A DNA stretch of 64,000 nucleotides from Candidatus Sericytochromatia bacterium (GTDB taxonomy: Bacteria; Cyanobacteriota; Sericytochromatia; S15B-MN24; VGJW01), in assembly GCA_035285865.1 (NCBI GenBank), contig JAYKHS010000011.1:92659-156658 (forward strand), read 5' to 3'. The notes under the pieces were generated by a model. It was not told the origin of the DNA, searched no databases, and worked only from the letters and a program-made list of their open reading frames with translations. Position 1 is the stretch's first letter. Every line of letters begins with the position of its first letter. A program made the translations under genes and the position numbers. Below are positions 25,936 to 34,774 of this stretch, piece by piece.

Positions 25936-27435
25936 TCAGGGGGCGGTCTTGACCCGCCTGACCCGATTGGCAGAGAAATCCGTAATCAGGATATCGCCCG
26001 TCGCATCCACGGCGAGGTAGGTCGGAAGAGCGAGTCGCCCTGCAGCAAGGGGCACGGGTCCATCAGGCTCGGTGGCAGGTCCCGGTCCGGCAAGGCGGTG
26101 AACGAGGCCCGTGTTCCTGTCGAACAGACGAAGGCGGGCGAGTGTGGGCTCGAGGAAGACAAGATGACCCTCCGGAGTCACGGCCATGGAGCTGGCCTTG
26201 AACACGCTGGCTTGAAGGCCCGGCAGGCCATCGCCCTGATCCACCTGGCTCTTGACGTCGGTGCTGGCGCTATAAGGGGTACGAGGCCCCTCGCCAATCA
26301 TCGGATACACCCGACCGGCTGTCCGCCGACCACCAAAGCCCTCGATGTCCTGAAGGCAAACCAGCATGATCCTCGCGACACTCAAGGACTGGGTGGTGCT
26401 GTCCTGTTGCGTCAGCAGCTGGGTGGACACCTCACTGAACCAGACATTGCCGTCGGGATCCACGTGTGGCGCTGACGGCCCGGCAATCGGTGCCTCCGCC
26501 AGCAGCGCACCCTCCTCACCAATCAGTCCGGTTGCCGAACCGCTCCCTGCAAGGACGACCACGGCCCCATCGAGATTCAGGCGATAGAGGTACCGATGGG
26601 CGGTAATGCTCGCCTTGTTCTGATTGACGACCGTGAAGACAAGCGTCCCATCCGGGGCGGCTGAAAGGCCATTGGGCTTGCCCAACTCGGCAGGCAGGGG
26701 GACCACATGCGCCTTGCCCGCCTCGAGGTCCAGACCATAGGCACGACCCGATGCAACGGGCATCAGCAGAAGCTGGCCGGACCCGTCGACAACCCACACG
26801 GAACCATCGGGGGAAACGGCCACCTCGGCAGGAACCGCGGAAGCCGTCGTGCCCAGAAGGCGGACTTCAGCCTGATTGACCGGCACTCCTGGTGCCGCAG
26901 GCGTTCCGGGCACCTGACCCGCCCAAGTCGCTGCCACTCCGTGATCGTCGACACGGATGACACCGTGGCCACGGTCAAGAACCAGCCCTCGACCATCCGG
27001 CAGAAAGGCCACATTCGTCGGTTTGCTCAGGTAGGCAGAAGCCACTGGCAGACCATCGCCCAGCATCCCGCCCGGGGCATCCGCCGCCCCGTTCTCGATA
27101 CCGCTGCCGAAGCCGGCCGCCACGGTCCAGAATGCAGCCGGCGCCCACGCCTGCTGCCTGGCCGGGGCGACCGCCGGAGTGGGGCCAGGTGTAGGCTCAG
27201 GCGTTGCTGCCGGGGTAGGTTCGGGAGTCGGCACCGGGCTAGGGGTAGACTCAGGCGTTGGTGCCGAGGAAGGCTCGGGAGACATGGACGCAGACGCCAC
27301 GCCCGATGCCGACGGCACCGACGTTGCCTGAGCAAGGGTGGTGATCCGCTGCAGCAGCGCCCCGTCCGAGCACGCGACCAGCACGGCAAGCGCCAAGGGC
27401 GCAGCGATGAAAGTTACCGAACCAAATTTACGCAT
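25936..27435 (-). CDS. lipoprotein E: Pro/Thr/Ser-rich linker + NHL-type beta-propeller
   Basis: Start is the internal ATG 27433-27435, giving MRKFGSVTFIAAPLALAVLVAC (lipobox). The linker reads PEPSSAPTPESTPSPVPTPEPTPAATPEPTPGPTP. Blades include ILITDFSANRVRRV and VWFSEVSTQ. Confidence 0.8.
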   Translation of the reverse strand: MRKFGSVTFIAAPLALAVLVACSDGALLQRITTLAQATSVPSASGVASASMSPEPSSAPTPESTPSPVPTPEPTPAATPEPTPGPTPAVAPARQQAWAPAAFWTVAAGFGSGIENGAADAPGGMLGDGLPVASAYLSKPTNVAFLPDGRGLVLDRGHGVIRVDDHGVAATWAGQVPGTPAAPGVPVNQAEVRLLGTTASAVPAEVAVSPDGSVWVVDGSGQLLLMPVASGRAYGLDLEAGKAHVVPLPAELGKPNGLSAAPDGTLVFTVVNQNKASITAHRYLYRLNLDGAVVVLAGSGSATGLIGEEGALLAEAPIAGPSAPHVDPDGNVWFSEVSTQLLTQQDSTTQSLSVARIMLVCLQDIEGFGGRRTAGRVYPMIGEGPRTPYSASTDVKSQVDQGDGLPGLQASVFKASSMAVTPEGHLVFLEPTLARLRLFDRNTGLVHRLAGPGPATEPDGPVPLAAGRLALPTYLAVDATGDILITDFSANRVRRVKTAP

Positions 27436-27528
27436 TATAAAAAAGTGTAACAGATGGCAACACACCGGACGGGCGACATGACACGCATCCGCCAGCTTGA
27501 TCTACAGGTCAAATAATGTCATACTGAT

Positions 27529-29190
27529 ATGAGATACCATGCTGAGCTGGACTTGAGCAGTACCGCCACGGGGATTCATTTGTCTCCGATTGACATCATC
27601 CCGCTGGGGCCCTTGCTGGCTGTCGGCTCCTTGGGTTTGGCAATTCTTGTTGCCGTGGACGAGTTGCCTGCATCCCCGGTCAATCTCGGGACCCTTCGGC
27701 ATCTTGCAGAGCAAGCGCTCCGGCGTCACTTCTCTGCTGGCATCAGAGTTCACGGACCCAACCTGCATTCGGCATCCGAGTGGTCCTGGCTCGGGACCAC
27801 GATTGCCGAGCTTGCCGCGGAAACCGTGCAAGTTGCGAGCGACGGCCGCGAGGCAGGCTCGACCGCTGACTTCTCCATCGTGAAGATTGCCGATTCGAAG
27901 GCCACGCTCTGGCCTGATCATCCGCTGGCGCAACCGCAAGACGACCAAGGATGGCAGCAGTTCAGCGACACCGCCGTGCGGCTCACACGACTCGGAGCGT
28001 GGGCGGAATCGCTCGGCGATACGCGATGCCTTGATGAAGTCATTGCAATCTGGCGCTTGCATCCGCCAGCGGCGACCAACAACGAGCTCATGCCGCTGAT
28101 TGCAGCAAGGCGGGAACTCGCGTGCGGCAATCCTGCCGAAGCGTGGGAAATGCTGGACCGGTGGCAGCCCAGCGCACGGGCAGTACGTCGCAGCCGCTGG
28201 CTGGCCATGGTCAAAATCCTGGAGTTCCTTGGTGACTATCAGGCTGCGAGTGGCCTCCTCGACCTCGCCGAACGCCTGTCGGACCCCAAGGACTGGGAGG
28301 TCCGGGCACACAGGGCAGTCCTGCAACTCAGGCTCGGCCACCTGGATGATCTGGCTGCATCCCCGTTGCCCGACGACAACGCCGAGCGTATCCCCGACAC
28401 CGTTGAATCGGCGATGTGGGCGTCGACTGTCGGCATCGCATGTTTCCGCCTCGGACGCTACCGGAACGCCATCGCGTGGCATCAATTGGCTCTGTCGGTC
28501 AGGAATCGGCTCGGGGACCTTGTTGCCGTGGCGAGAAGCTGGAACAACATCGGCAATGTCCACATCGAGTCCGGTGCCTTTGATGAAGCGCGCGAGGCCT
28601 TTGAAATGGCCGAGTCCCTGCTCGCGCAAGCGGGAGAAGTCGTGCTCAGAGCGACGGTAGCCAACAATCTTGGCAGCCTGCTGCTCCTCACTGAACGATT
28701 CGACGAAGCCAGAACAACCGTTTCACGCGCTTTCGATCTCAAGGAGGCCTCTGGCGAAGCACCAGGGCGCGCAATCGCCCAAGCGACTTTGGCGGCCATC
28801 GAGCTCGGTGCAGGCAATCTTGAGGAAGCGAGGAGGTATCTCTGGGACGCTCGCATCACGATTGAATCCTGTGGGCTTGAAGAGAACTTGCCGGATGTCG
28901 GGATTCTGGATGCAGAGCTCGCGCTGGCAGAAGGCGCCCATGAAAGGGCTGGCAAACTGCTTCTGGATCTACTTGCATGCGTCGAGGCGAGTCGACCGAC
29001 GTTGTTGCCTCGCATCCATCGGGGGCTGGCCCGGGTCGCACACGAGATGAGCCAGCACTCAAGGACCGACCACCATCTGTTTCAGGCCCTGCGCGCATCA
29101 GGGAACAGCGAGCGCCGCCACGAGCACTCGCGAACGCTTGCGCTTGCCGCGAAGCTCGGACGTCCCCTCGAGGACGCAGATGGCGCATGA
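27529..29190 (+). CDS. membrane-anchored TPR-repeat protein
   Basis: N-terminal TM segment IIPLGPLLAVGSLGLAILVAV. C-terminal TPR-like repeats include WNNIGNVHIESGAFDEAREAFEMAESL and NNLGSLLLLTERFDEARTTVSRAF. Confidence 0.7.
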   Translation: MRYHAELDLSSTATGIHLSPIDIIPLGPLLAVGSLGLAILVAVDELPASPVNLGTLRHLAEQALRRHFSAGIRVHGPNLHSASEWSWLGTTIAELAAETVQVASDGREAGSTADFSIVKIADSKATLWPDHPLAQPQDDQGWQQFSDTAVRLTRLGAWAESLGDTRCLDEVIAIWRLHPPAATNNELMPLIAARRELACGNPAEAWEMLDRWQPSARAVRRSRWLAMVKILEFLGDYQAASGLLDLAERLSDPKDWEVRAHRAVLQLRLGHLDDLAASPLPDDNAERIPDTVESAMWASTVGIACFRLGRYRNAIAWHQLALSVRNRLGDLVAVARSWNNIGNVHIESGAFDEAREAFEMAESLLAQAGEVVLRATVANNLGSLLLLTERFDEARTTVSRAFDLKEASGEAPGRAIAQATLAAIELGAGNLEEARRYLWDARITIESCGLEENLPDVGILDAELALAEGAHERAGKLLLDLLACVEASRPTLLPRIHRGLARVAHEMSQHSRTDHHLFQALRASGNSERRHEHSRTLALAAKLGRPLEDADGA

Positions 29191-30734
29191 TGAACGGCTT
29201 TGACCTCCGGGACGGAGTCTTCCTTGCCTCCCTCTTGCGGCATCTGGAAAGCGATAGCTGGCAAGAGGCCGCGTGGTTCCAAGACGTCGCGGAGATCACG
29301 CAGGCCGAAGCGGCGCACTACGATGCGTCCGGGGACCTCCGGCTCGTTTCCGTCCCCCGAGGCGACGGGGCCAACACGAGTCAGCTCCCCATCCCAGCCT
29401 CACTTCCGGTCGGGTCCGATGCCTGGTGCATCTTGCCGTTGGATCAGGGTGAGTACCTTGCGGTGGCGACACGAAGCCCAATGGGAGAGGGCATGCACGC
29501 TGCCATCAGAGTCATGGTGGCCCTCCGTCGGCAGGCCTTGGCGGGACGGCCGGAACCGCAGTTGCCTGATGCCCCTTGGGCTCAGGCAGGTCGGCTGCTG
29601 TCGCGGGGACGGTTCGACTCACTCGGCCTGACGCCTCTGCTGGTCTTGGCATGCAGAACGCTTGGTGCGGTGGATGTCCTGGTCCTGTCTTCGACGGAGG
29701 AAAATCGTCTTGATGTCGTTGCCCGCGCCGGTGGTGCGGAGGCAACGTTAGCGGAGGCACCGACCACCACCACCGGACGCACGGCCTGGGTGGACAGCCT
29801 GCTGGACTCGGCGCGTGTGCGCTTCACGCGGGGGGCCAGTGCCATCGAAAGAGAGTTGCCAGGCCTTGAATGCCTCGGCCAGGTCGGTCTCACCCTCTGG
29901 CATCCCCTGAGGCGCCGCGGAAGCCATGTTGGCATGGTGCTCGTCATCTGGGATGACGAGGCCGAACTGGACAGTATCCGCAGTCGATGGCTGGGGAGCC
30001 TCGCAGACCTGCTACAACTGCTATTCGAGCACTCGGCCATATCTCGGGAACTGCAACATACCCGCCTGACCGTCAGGCAGCATGAGTCGAGAACCGGCGA
30101 GGATCAGGCCTTCGTCAAGCAGTTGCTTCACGACTTGCGCAACGAAGTGCACGCGCTGGCGCTCCTCGCGGACGATATGCATCAACTGGCAACCCAGCAA
30201 GCCGAAGTCGAGACGACGGAGAGCCTGGTGCGGCAGGTTCGATGCATGTCAGGTTACCTTGGCCAGGTCGGTCGCAATTGGCAGGATGGTCGGGCGTGGA
30301 ACGAATCCGCCGGCTTGCAGGTGGCCGACATCTTGAGCAGAGCCCTCCAGATGGAACCCGCGCTTCAAATGGTCACGACGGATGATGCCCAGTCAGTCGA
30401 GCTCCTTTGTCCGCGTACTGTTGCGAACGATCTCGTCGCGGTCCTCCTGCAAGCGATGGAATCCATCGCACCGGGACACAAGCCGCGCCTCTCGACCCTG
30501 CTTACGGCAGGGTGGCTGACACTTGCCGTCGACACACCGGATCTGCAACTCGCCGCTCATCCGTCGGGAATCGTGCGCTTGTCTCCACGGCATTTCGGGA
30601 TGGCCGCAGCAGAGGCCATCTCCATGGTCGAAGACCTCTGCGTTGCGCACGGCTTCCAGTTCGGTGTCCGCTTGCATCCAGGACATCCACCCCGCCTGCA
30701 TGCCTCGGTACGCACGGAGTCGTGGGGCCAGTAA
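29187..30734 (+). CDS. GAF-like sensor protein with HisKA H-box and a degenerate HATPase-like C-terminus (pseudo-histidine kinase?)
   Basis: The ATG overlaps the upstream stop (ATGA). H-box-like FVKQLLHDLRNEVHAL. I could find no N, G1 or G2 ATP-binding boxes in the last ~150 aa. Confidence 0.65.
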   Translation: MMNGFDLRDGVFLASLLRHLESDSWQEAAWFQDVAEITQAEAAHYDASGDLRLVSVPRGDGANTSQLPIPASLPVGSDAWCILPLDQGEYLAVATRSPMGEGMHAAIRVMVALRRQALAGRPEPQLPDAPWAQAGRLLSRGRFDSLGLTPLLVLACRTLGAVDVLVLSSTEENRLDVVARAGGAEATLAEAPTTTTGRTAWVDSLLDSARVRFTRGASAIERELPGLECLGQVGLTLWHPLRRRGSHVGMVLVIWDDEAELDSIRSRWLGSLADLLQLLFEHSAISRELQHTRLTVRQHESRTGEDQAFVKQLLHDLRNEVHALALLADDMHQLATQQAEVETTESLVRQVRCMSGYLGQVGRNWQDGRAWNESAGLQVADILSRALQMEPALQMVTTDDAQSVELLCPRTVANDLVAVLLQAMESIAPGHKPRLSTLLTAGWLTLAVDTPDLQLAAHPSGIVRLSPRHFGMAAAEAISMVEDLCVAHGFQFGVRLHPGHPPRLHASVRTESWGQ

Positions 30735-30788
30735 TCACATCGGATGCCGGCTTGTCCGCCGGGCTTGCTGCGGGGTAGGATGCCCGCC

Positions 30789-32033
30789 ATGACTCCAAAG
30801 GAAGCCGCCGAAGCCCGGATCGGCCGTGCGGAGGAACGCCTCGAGGACACCTTCAGGGCCATTCGCGCCACGGAATGGGCCAACACCCGAAGAGTCCTGG
30901 AGGCCTTTCAGGCCGCACGTGTCGGTGAAGAACACTTTGCCGGGACAACGGGCTATGGCCATGACGACCTCGGCAGGGAGTGTCTGGACACCGTCATGGC
31001 CACGGTCCTGGGTTCTGAGGCTTCCCTTGTACGAGGCAGCATCGCCTCCGGTACTCATGCCATTGCCTTGGCGCTCTACGGTGCGCTTGCACCGGGCCGA
31101 GAGTTGCTATACATCACGGGACACCCCTACGACACGCTGGAGGAAGTCATCGGCCTTCGGGGAGGCGGGCAAGGCTCCTTGATGGAGTGGGGTGTCGGCT
31201 ATCGGGAGATCGATCTGCTGCCGGACGGCCAGATAGACCTCGCTGGCTGCCTCGCGGCCATTTCGGACAAGACTGCTGTCGTGGCGATCCAGCGTAGCCG
31301 GGGTTATGCATGGAGGCCGTCCCAGTCCATTTCGCGGATTGAAGAAGCCATCAGCACGCTACGGAAAGCCCACCCGCATCTGGTCTTCTTCGTCGACAAC
31401 TGCTACGGCGAATTCGTCGAAGACCGCGAGCCAACCCACGTCGGAGCCGATCTCATCGCGGGTTCGCTCATCAAGAACCCGGGGGCCGGCATCGTGCCAG
31501 CGGGTGGTTATGTGGCGGGCAGGGCCGATCTGGTGCACCGAGCGGCCTGCCGACTTACCGCCCCGGGAATAGGTGCAGCCGGCGGAGCGACGCTGGATTC
31601 GCTCCGGCTCATGTTCCAGGGACTCTTTCTGGCTCCCCACGTGGTTGCCGAAGCCGTCATGGGTGGAGTTCTCGCTGCTGCGGTCCTCGAGGAGATGGGG
31701 CATTCCGTCGATCCGGCTCCCACGGATCTGCGCACCGACATCATCCAGGCGGTACGGCTCGGCTCGGCGGAACGCCTCGTGACCTTCTGCCAGACCGTGC
31801 AGCGTACCTCGCCCATCCACGCGCACGTCACCCCGGAGCCCGCAGTTGTTCCGGGCTACGCCGATCATGTGGTGATGGCCGCGGGAACGTTCATCGAAGG
31901 CTCCACCATCGAGCTCTCGTGTGACGGCCCCTTGCGTCCACCCTACGTCGCGTACTGGCAGGGAGGGCTCAGCTACGGCCATGCACGAGAAGCCTTGGTT
32001 CGCGTGTGCAAAGCTCTGGACCAGTTGGCATGA
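30789..32033 (+). CDS. methionine gamma-lyase family / aluminium-resistance (YnbB-like) PLP enzyme
   Basis: Family-typical N-terminus ...VLEAFQAARVGEEHFAGTTGYGHDDLGRECLD...ASGTHAI, plus ...SLIKNPGAGI. Alternative ATGs lie at 30744 and 30780. Confidence 0.8.
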   Translation: MTPKEAAEARIGRAEERLEDTFRAIRATEWANTRRVLEAFQAARVGEEHFAGTTGYGHDDLGRECLDTVMATVLGSEASLVRGSIASGTHAIALALYGALAPGRELLYITGHPYDTLEEVIGLRGGGQGSLMEWGVGYREIDLLPDGQIDLAGCLAAISDKTAVVAIQRSRGYAWRPSQSISRIEEAISTLRKAHPHLVFFVDNCYGEFVEDREPTHVGADLIAGSLIKNPGAGIVPAGGYVAGRADLVHRAACRLTAPGIGAAGGATLDSLRLMFQGLFLAPHVVAEAVMGGVLAAAVLEEMGHSVDPAPTDLRTDIIQAVRLGSAERLVTFCQTVQRTSPIHAHVTPEPAVVPGYADHVVMAAGTFIEGSTIELSCDGPLRPPYVAYWQGGLSYGHAREALVRVCKALDQLA

Positions 32034-32476
32034 CTGGCCCCAGGATTCGACTTGGCGCAGTCCTGATTGAAAGTGGGCGACTCCTGCTGGTCCGCCATCG
32101 CAAAGAGGCGCGTACCTATTGGTTACTGCCAGGTGGCGGCCTGGAGTGCGGTGAGAGCATCGCCGAAGGACTCAAGCGCGAAGTCCGGGAAGAGACCGGA
32201 TATGAAGCGGAATTTTCTCGGATTCTGGCGCTTGTCGAGACTCGGGCACCAGACGCCACGCGCCACATCATCCATGTGGTCGCCCTGATGATCCTCGGAA
32301 CCAAGGGGGAGCGGAGCGATACCGATCCGAGACTGGATGGCCACGAATGGTTCCGCGCAGCAGACCTCGAAGGACTCGATCTGCGTCCTGCGGTCAACGG
32401 CTGGCTTGCATCAGGTCTGTGCGAGGGCTGGTCGGACAGCGCGACCCACCTCATACCCGACTGGATTAACGACTAG
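32030..32476 (+). CDS. Nudix hydrolase
   Basis: Nudix box GGGLECGESIAEGLKREVREETG. The ATG overlaps the upstream stop (ATGA). Confidence 0.85.
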   Translation: MTGPRIRLGAVLIESGRLLLVRHRKEARTYWLLPGGGLECGESIAEGLKREVREETGYEAEFSRILALVETRAPDATRHIIHVVALMILGTKGERSDTDPRLDGHEWFRAADLEGLDLRPAVNGWLASGLCEGWSDSATHLIPDWIND

Positions 32477-32574
32477 AATAGTTATCCAAGTAAATCATAA
32501 ACCCAGCACGACAGTGATCTTGCGAATTATTTTGACCAGCTCAGGCACTCAGCAAGGATAAAGATTAACCTCAC

Positions 32575-33324
32575 TCAAGATTTCAGTGAGACACCAATAT
32601 TCCACTGCCGGAAGCTCATGAAGCGAGCCAGTTGGTCTGCAGTCACCGCAAGGGGTCCCTGCATCGAGTAGGGATCATTGATGATGAAACGATCGCCCTG
32701 AAGACCACTGACGAGAATGAAGTGGCCTCCGTCGAAAGGAACGTACTGCTGGGGACTCAGGCCAGCATTGTACGCAGCAGGATTACCTGCCAGAACGATC
32801 AGTTCACCCTGTCTGACGGCCTGCTCCACGGCTGCCGGAGACTCGACGTAACGAGTCTTGAGACCAACCGCCTCGGCACCACGCCGCACATCGACTTCAC
32901 TGGTGAGTTCGAAGGGATCCTGCCGCCCCGTCATGGCCTGGCGCACCTGCATGACAAGCGCCTGACGATTGACCTGTGCGGGGACACGATGCAGGGCAAG
33001 CAGGGCCATCGCGAGAGAAGCCGGACCACAATTGGCCGTCGAGGAAGGCGCGTCCGGGTTGTAGCGCGGGTGGCGGACCTGGGCCACGAAGAACCGCTCG
33101 GGATCCCCAGCAGGCAGAACAACACCCGCAGACTGCGAACCGGGAACCCCTTGACCAACTGCCTTGTGACGCGCCGCGAGGCGCTCCAGAAGGTCCAGTC
33201 CCTCCTGCCGGTCTCCGGGCATCGAAGGCATCGCGGGAGTCGAAGGAACAGCACCACCCAAGGGCGTAGCCAAGCGCCCGAGGATACTTGAGGCGGAACC
33301 CTGTTGAATATATGGAGGCGTCAC
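32575..33324 (-). CDS. papain-fold cysteine peptidase, C39-like domain protein
   Basis: Catalytic-Cys context ANCGPASLAMALLAL, His context GGHFILVSG, and a following INDP. The start is uncertain (GTG 33322-33324 has no SD). It sits in an AT-richer segment. Confidence 0.65.
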   Translation of the reverse strand: MTPPYIQQGSASSILGRLATPLGGAVPSTPAMPSMPGDRQEGLDLLERLAARHKAVGQGVPGSQSAGVVLPAGDPERFFVAQVRHPRYNPDAPSSTANCGPASLAMALLALHRVPAQVNRQALVMQVRQAMTGRQDPFELTSEVDVRRGAEAVGLKTRYVESPAAVEQAVRQGELIVLAGNPAAYNAGLSPQQYVPFDGGHFILVSGLQGDRFIINDPYSMQGPLAVTADQLARFMSFRQWNIGVSLKS

Positions 33325-34238
33325 CAGATTATTGTCGCCCGGAGAAGGCTCGCTCGTGGTTAACGGGTGGTCAAGTTTGCATCAGAAATGGTCCGCGATT
33401 GCTCCTGTGGCAACAACAAGCCTCAAACCCAGTGGTGGCAGCCATTTCCATGGGCCGAGCCCTGGCCCCAGAAGAAGCGCTTGAGTCGCTTCAAAACGTC
33501 GCATAAGATTAGTTATGTCAATAAGACCGCCCCGCTCCACCTCTTCGGAGAACAGGCCGACCCTCGCTGTCGAGTTCGAGTTCGGGCGGCGTCCTTCGAT
33601 GCTAATGCATTATGTCATCTCCGGGCGCATCGCCCTCGACCTATGACTCGGCTTGCCATCAGAATTTGGTAGCCCCAGGCGCCATTCTGGAGAGCTGATG
33701 TCCGAAACCTAAGTGACGCAAGCGCTTTAGCCCATCCAGCCCTGATTCGGGTCGGCCGGAGCCTGCGGCAAGCGCGAATCCTGTCATCAGCCGGCCCCTT
33801 CCAGAGGGTCAATGGCCGCCCCTATCTGGAGCCGCACCATGCCACCAGGGTCTCGTCGGCCGGTCTTGACCACCCCCGTTTCGTCGGTGCGATCTGCCCG
33901 ACGTGGCATCGCGAGATTCATCACGGCCAAATGGCAAGCAACGAAATGCTGAATTGGTCAGTTGCCCGGCCGGAATCGAGCCGCACGACCGAAGCAGACA
34001 TCAGGGTCCAGCGAGATGCGCCCCATGGACCTGAATCTCAAGAGTCGGGCAACCTCTCCGTGGGCACGAGCCCGAATCGCCACGGTCGAAAAACTAACCA
34101 CAACATTAGTTAACCAATGCAGCCATTCACCAAGAACATTATCGGCAGCCCAACCCATGCTCTCCATCTTGAGTAATCATAAATCCACCTAATCATGAAC
34201 CTGAGAAACTATTCAGTCATATCACCCAACAATGAAAG

Positions 34239-34266
34239 CCCCCGACTCCTTCTCGGGAGTCGGGGG
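34239..34266 (-). terminator. rho-independent terminator of the small gene 34292..34582
   Basis: 11-bp perfect stem CCCCCGACTCC/GGAGTCGGGGG with a 6-nt loop. On the minus strand it is followed by CTTTCATTGTT. Confidence 0.65.
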
Positions 34267-34291
34267 CGTGATGCCATCGCGGGCGGACTGG

Positions 34292-34582
34292 CTACAGGCC
34301 GGGGGGATTCTTCCGCTCAGCCACGGGAGAGGACGTCGCCACCTTCGGACCGGCCATCTCCTCGAACGCGCTGATTCGGTTACGGAGATAGTAGAGGGTC
34401 TTCAGGCCACGGGTGAAGACATCCTTCAGGTTGCCGGAAGAGTGCTCGAACTTCGCCAGATCATTACGCTGGTTGGCCTCCTCCACAAGGTCGATCTCGA
34501 CCAGGCCTCGGATGAAGTCCTTCTCGAGAGCGTTGATCTGCCGATGGATGACCTCGACGTTCTCGGCGTGATTGGCTGCCAT
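34292..34582 (-). CDS. small (96 aa) alpha-helical hypothetical protein
   Basis: Start is the internal ATG 34580-34582 of ORF 34292..34618, with a GGAAGGAAGG SD upstream and its own terminator downstream. Sequence begins MAANHAENVEVIHRQINALEKDFIRGLVEIDL... No family recognised. Confidence 0.6.
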   Translation of the reverse strand: MAANHAENVEVIHRQINALEKDFIRGLVEIDLVEEANQRNDLAKFEHSSGNLKDVFTRGLKTLYYLRNRISAFEEMAGPKVATSSPVAERKNPPGL

Positions 34583-34774
34583 GTCTGCCTTCCTTCCGAA
34601 GCGGAATGTGCGTTTCATCTTGCTGGAGTATAGGGATTGACGGCAGGCGAACGGCCGGGATTATGTCAATCGTGACCGCCGCCACGACGAACAGCCAGCC
34701 TTGGCCGCGACGACGGTGGCCCCGAAACGGAGGGGATGCAGGATCAAGTGGTACCCCGCTGTCAGGAAGGGCCC

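Noticed and set aside
28977-29186. N-terminal extension of the GAF-HisKA ORF (track start 28977)
   Set aside because: It lies entirely inside the TPR gene in another frame. The ATGA-coupled ATG at 29187 gives a sensible N-terminus.
33325-34238. tmRNA, RNase P RNA, tRNA or tRNA-Sec in the ORF-poor region
   Set aside because: On neither strand could I find the conserved strings: GGTTCGA-type T-loops with matching stems, RNase P GAGGAAAGTCC and ACAGAA...CCGGCTTA, or a tmRNA ...CTCCACCA end with an ANDENYALAA-like tag. This cannot be excluded without a covariance-model scan.
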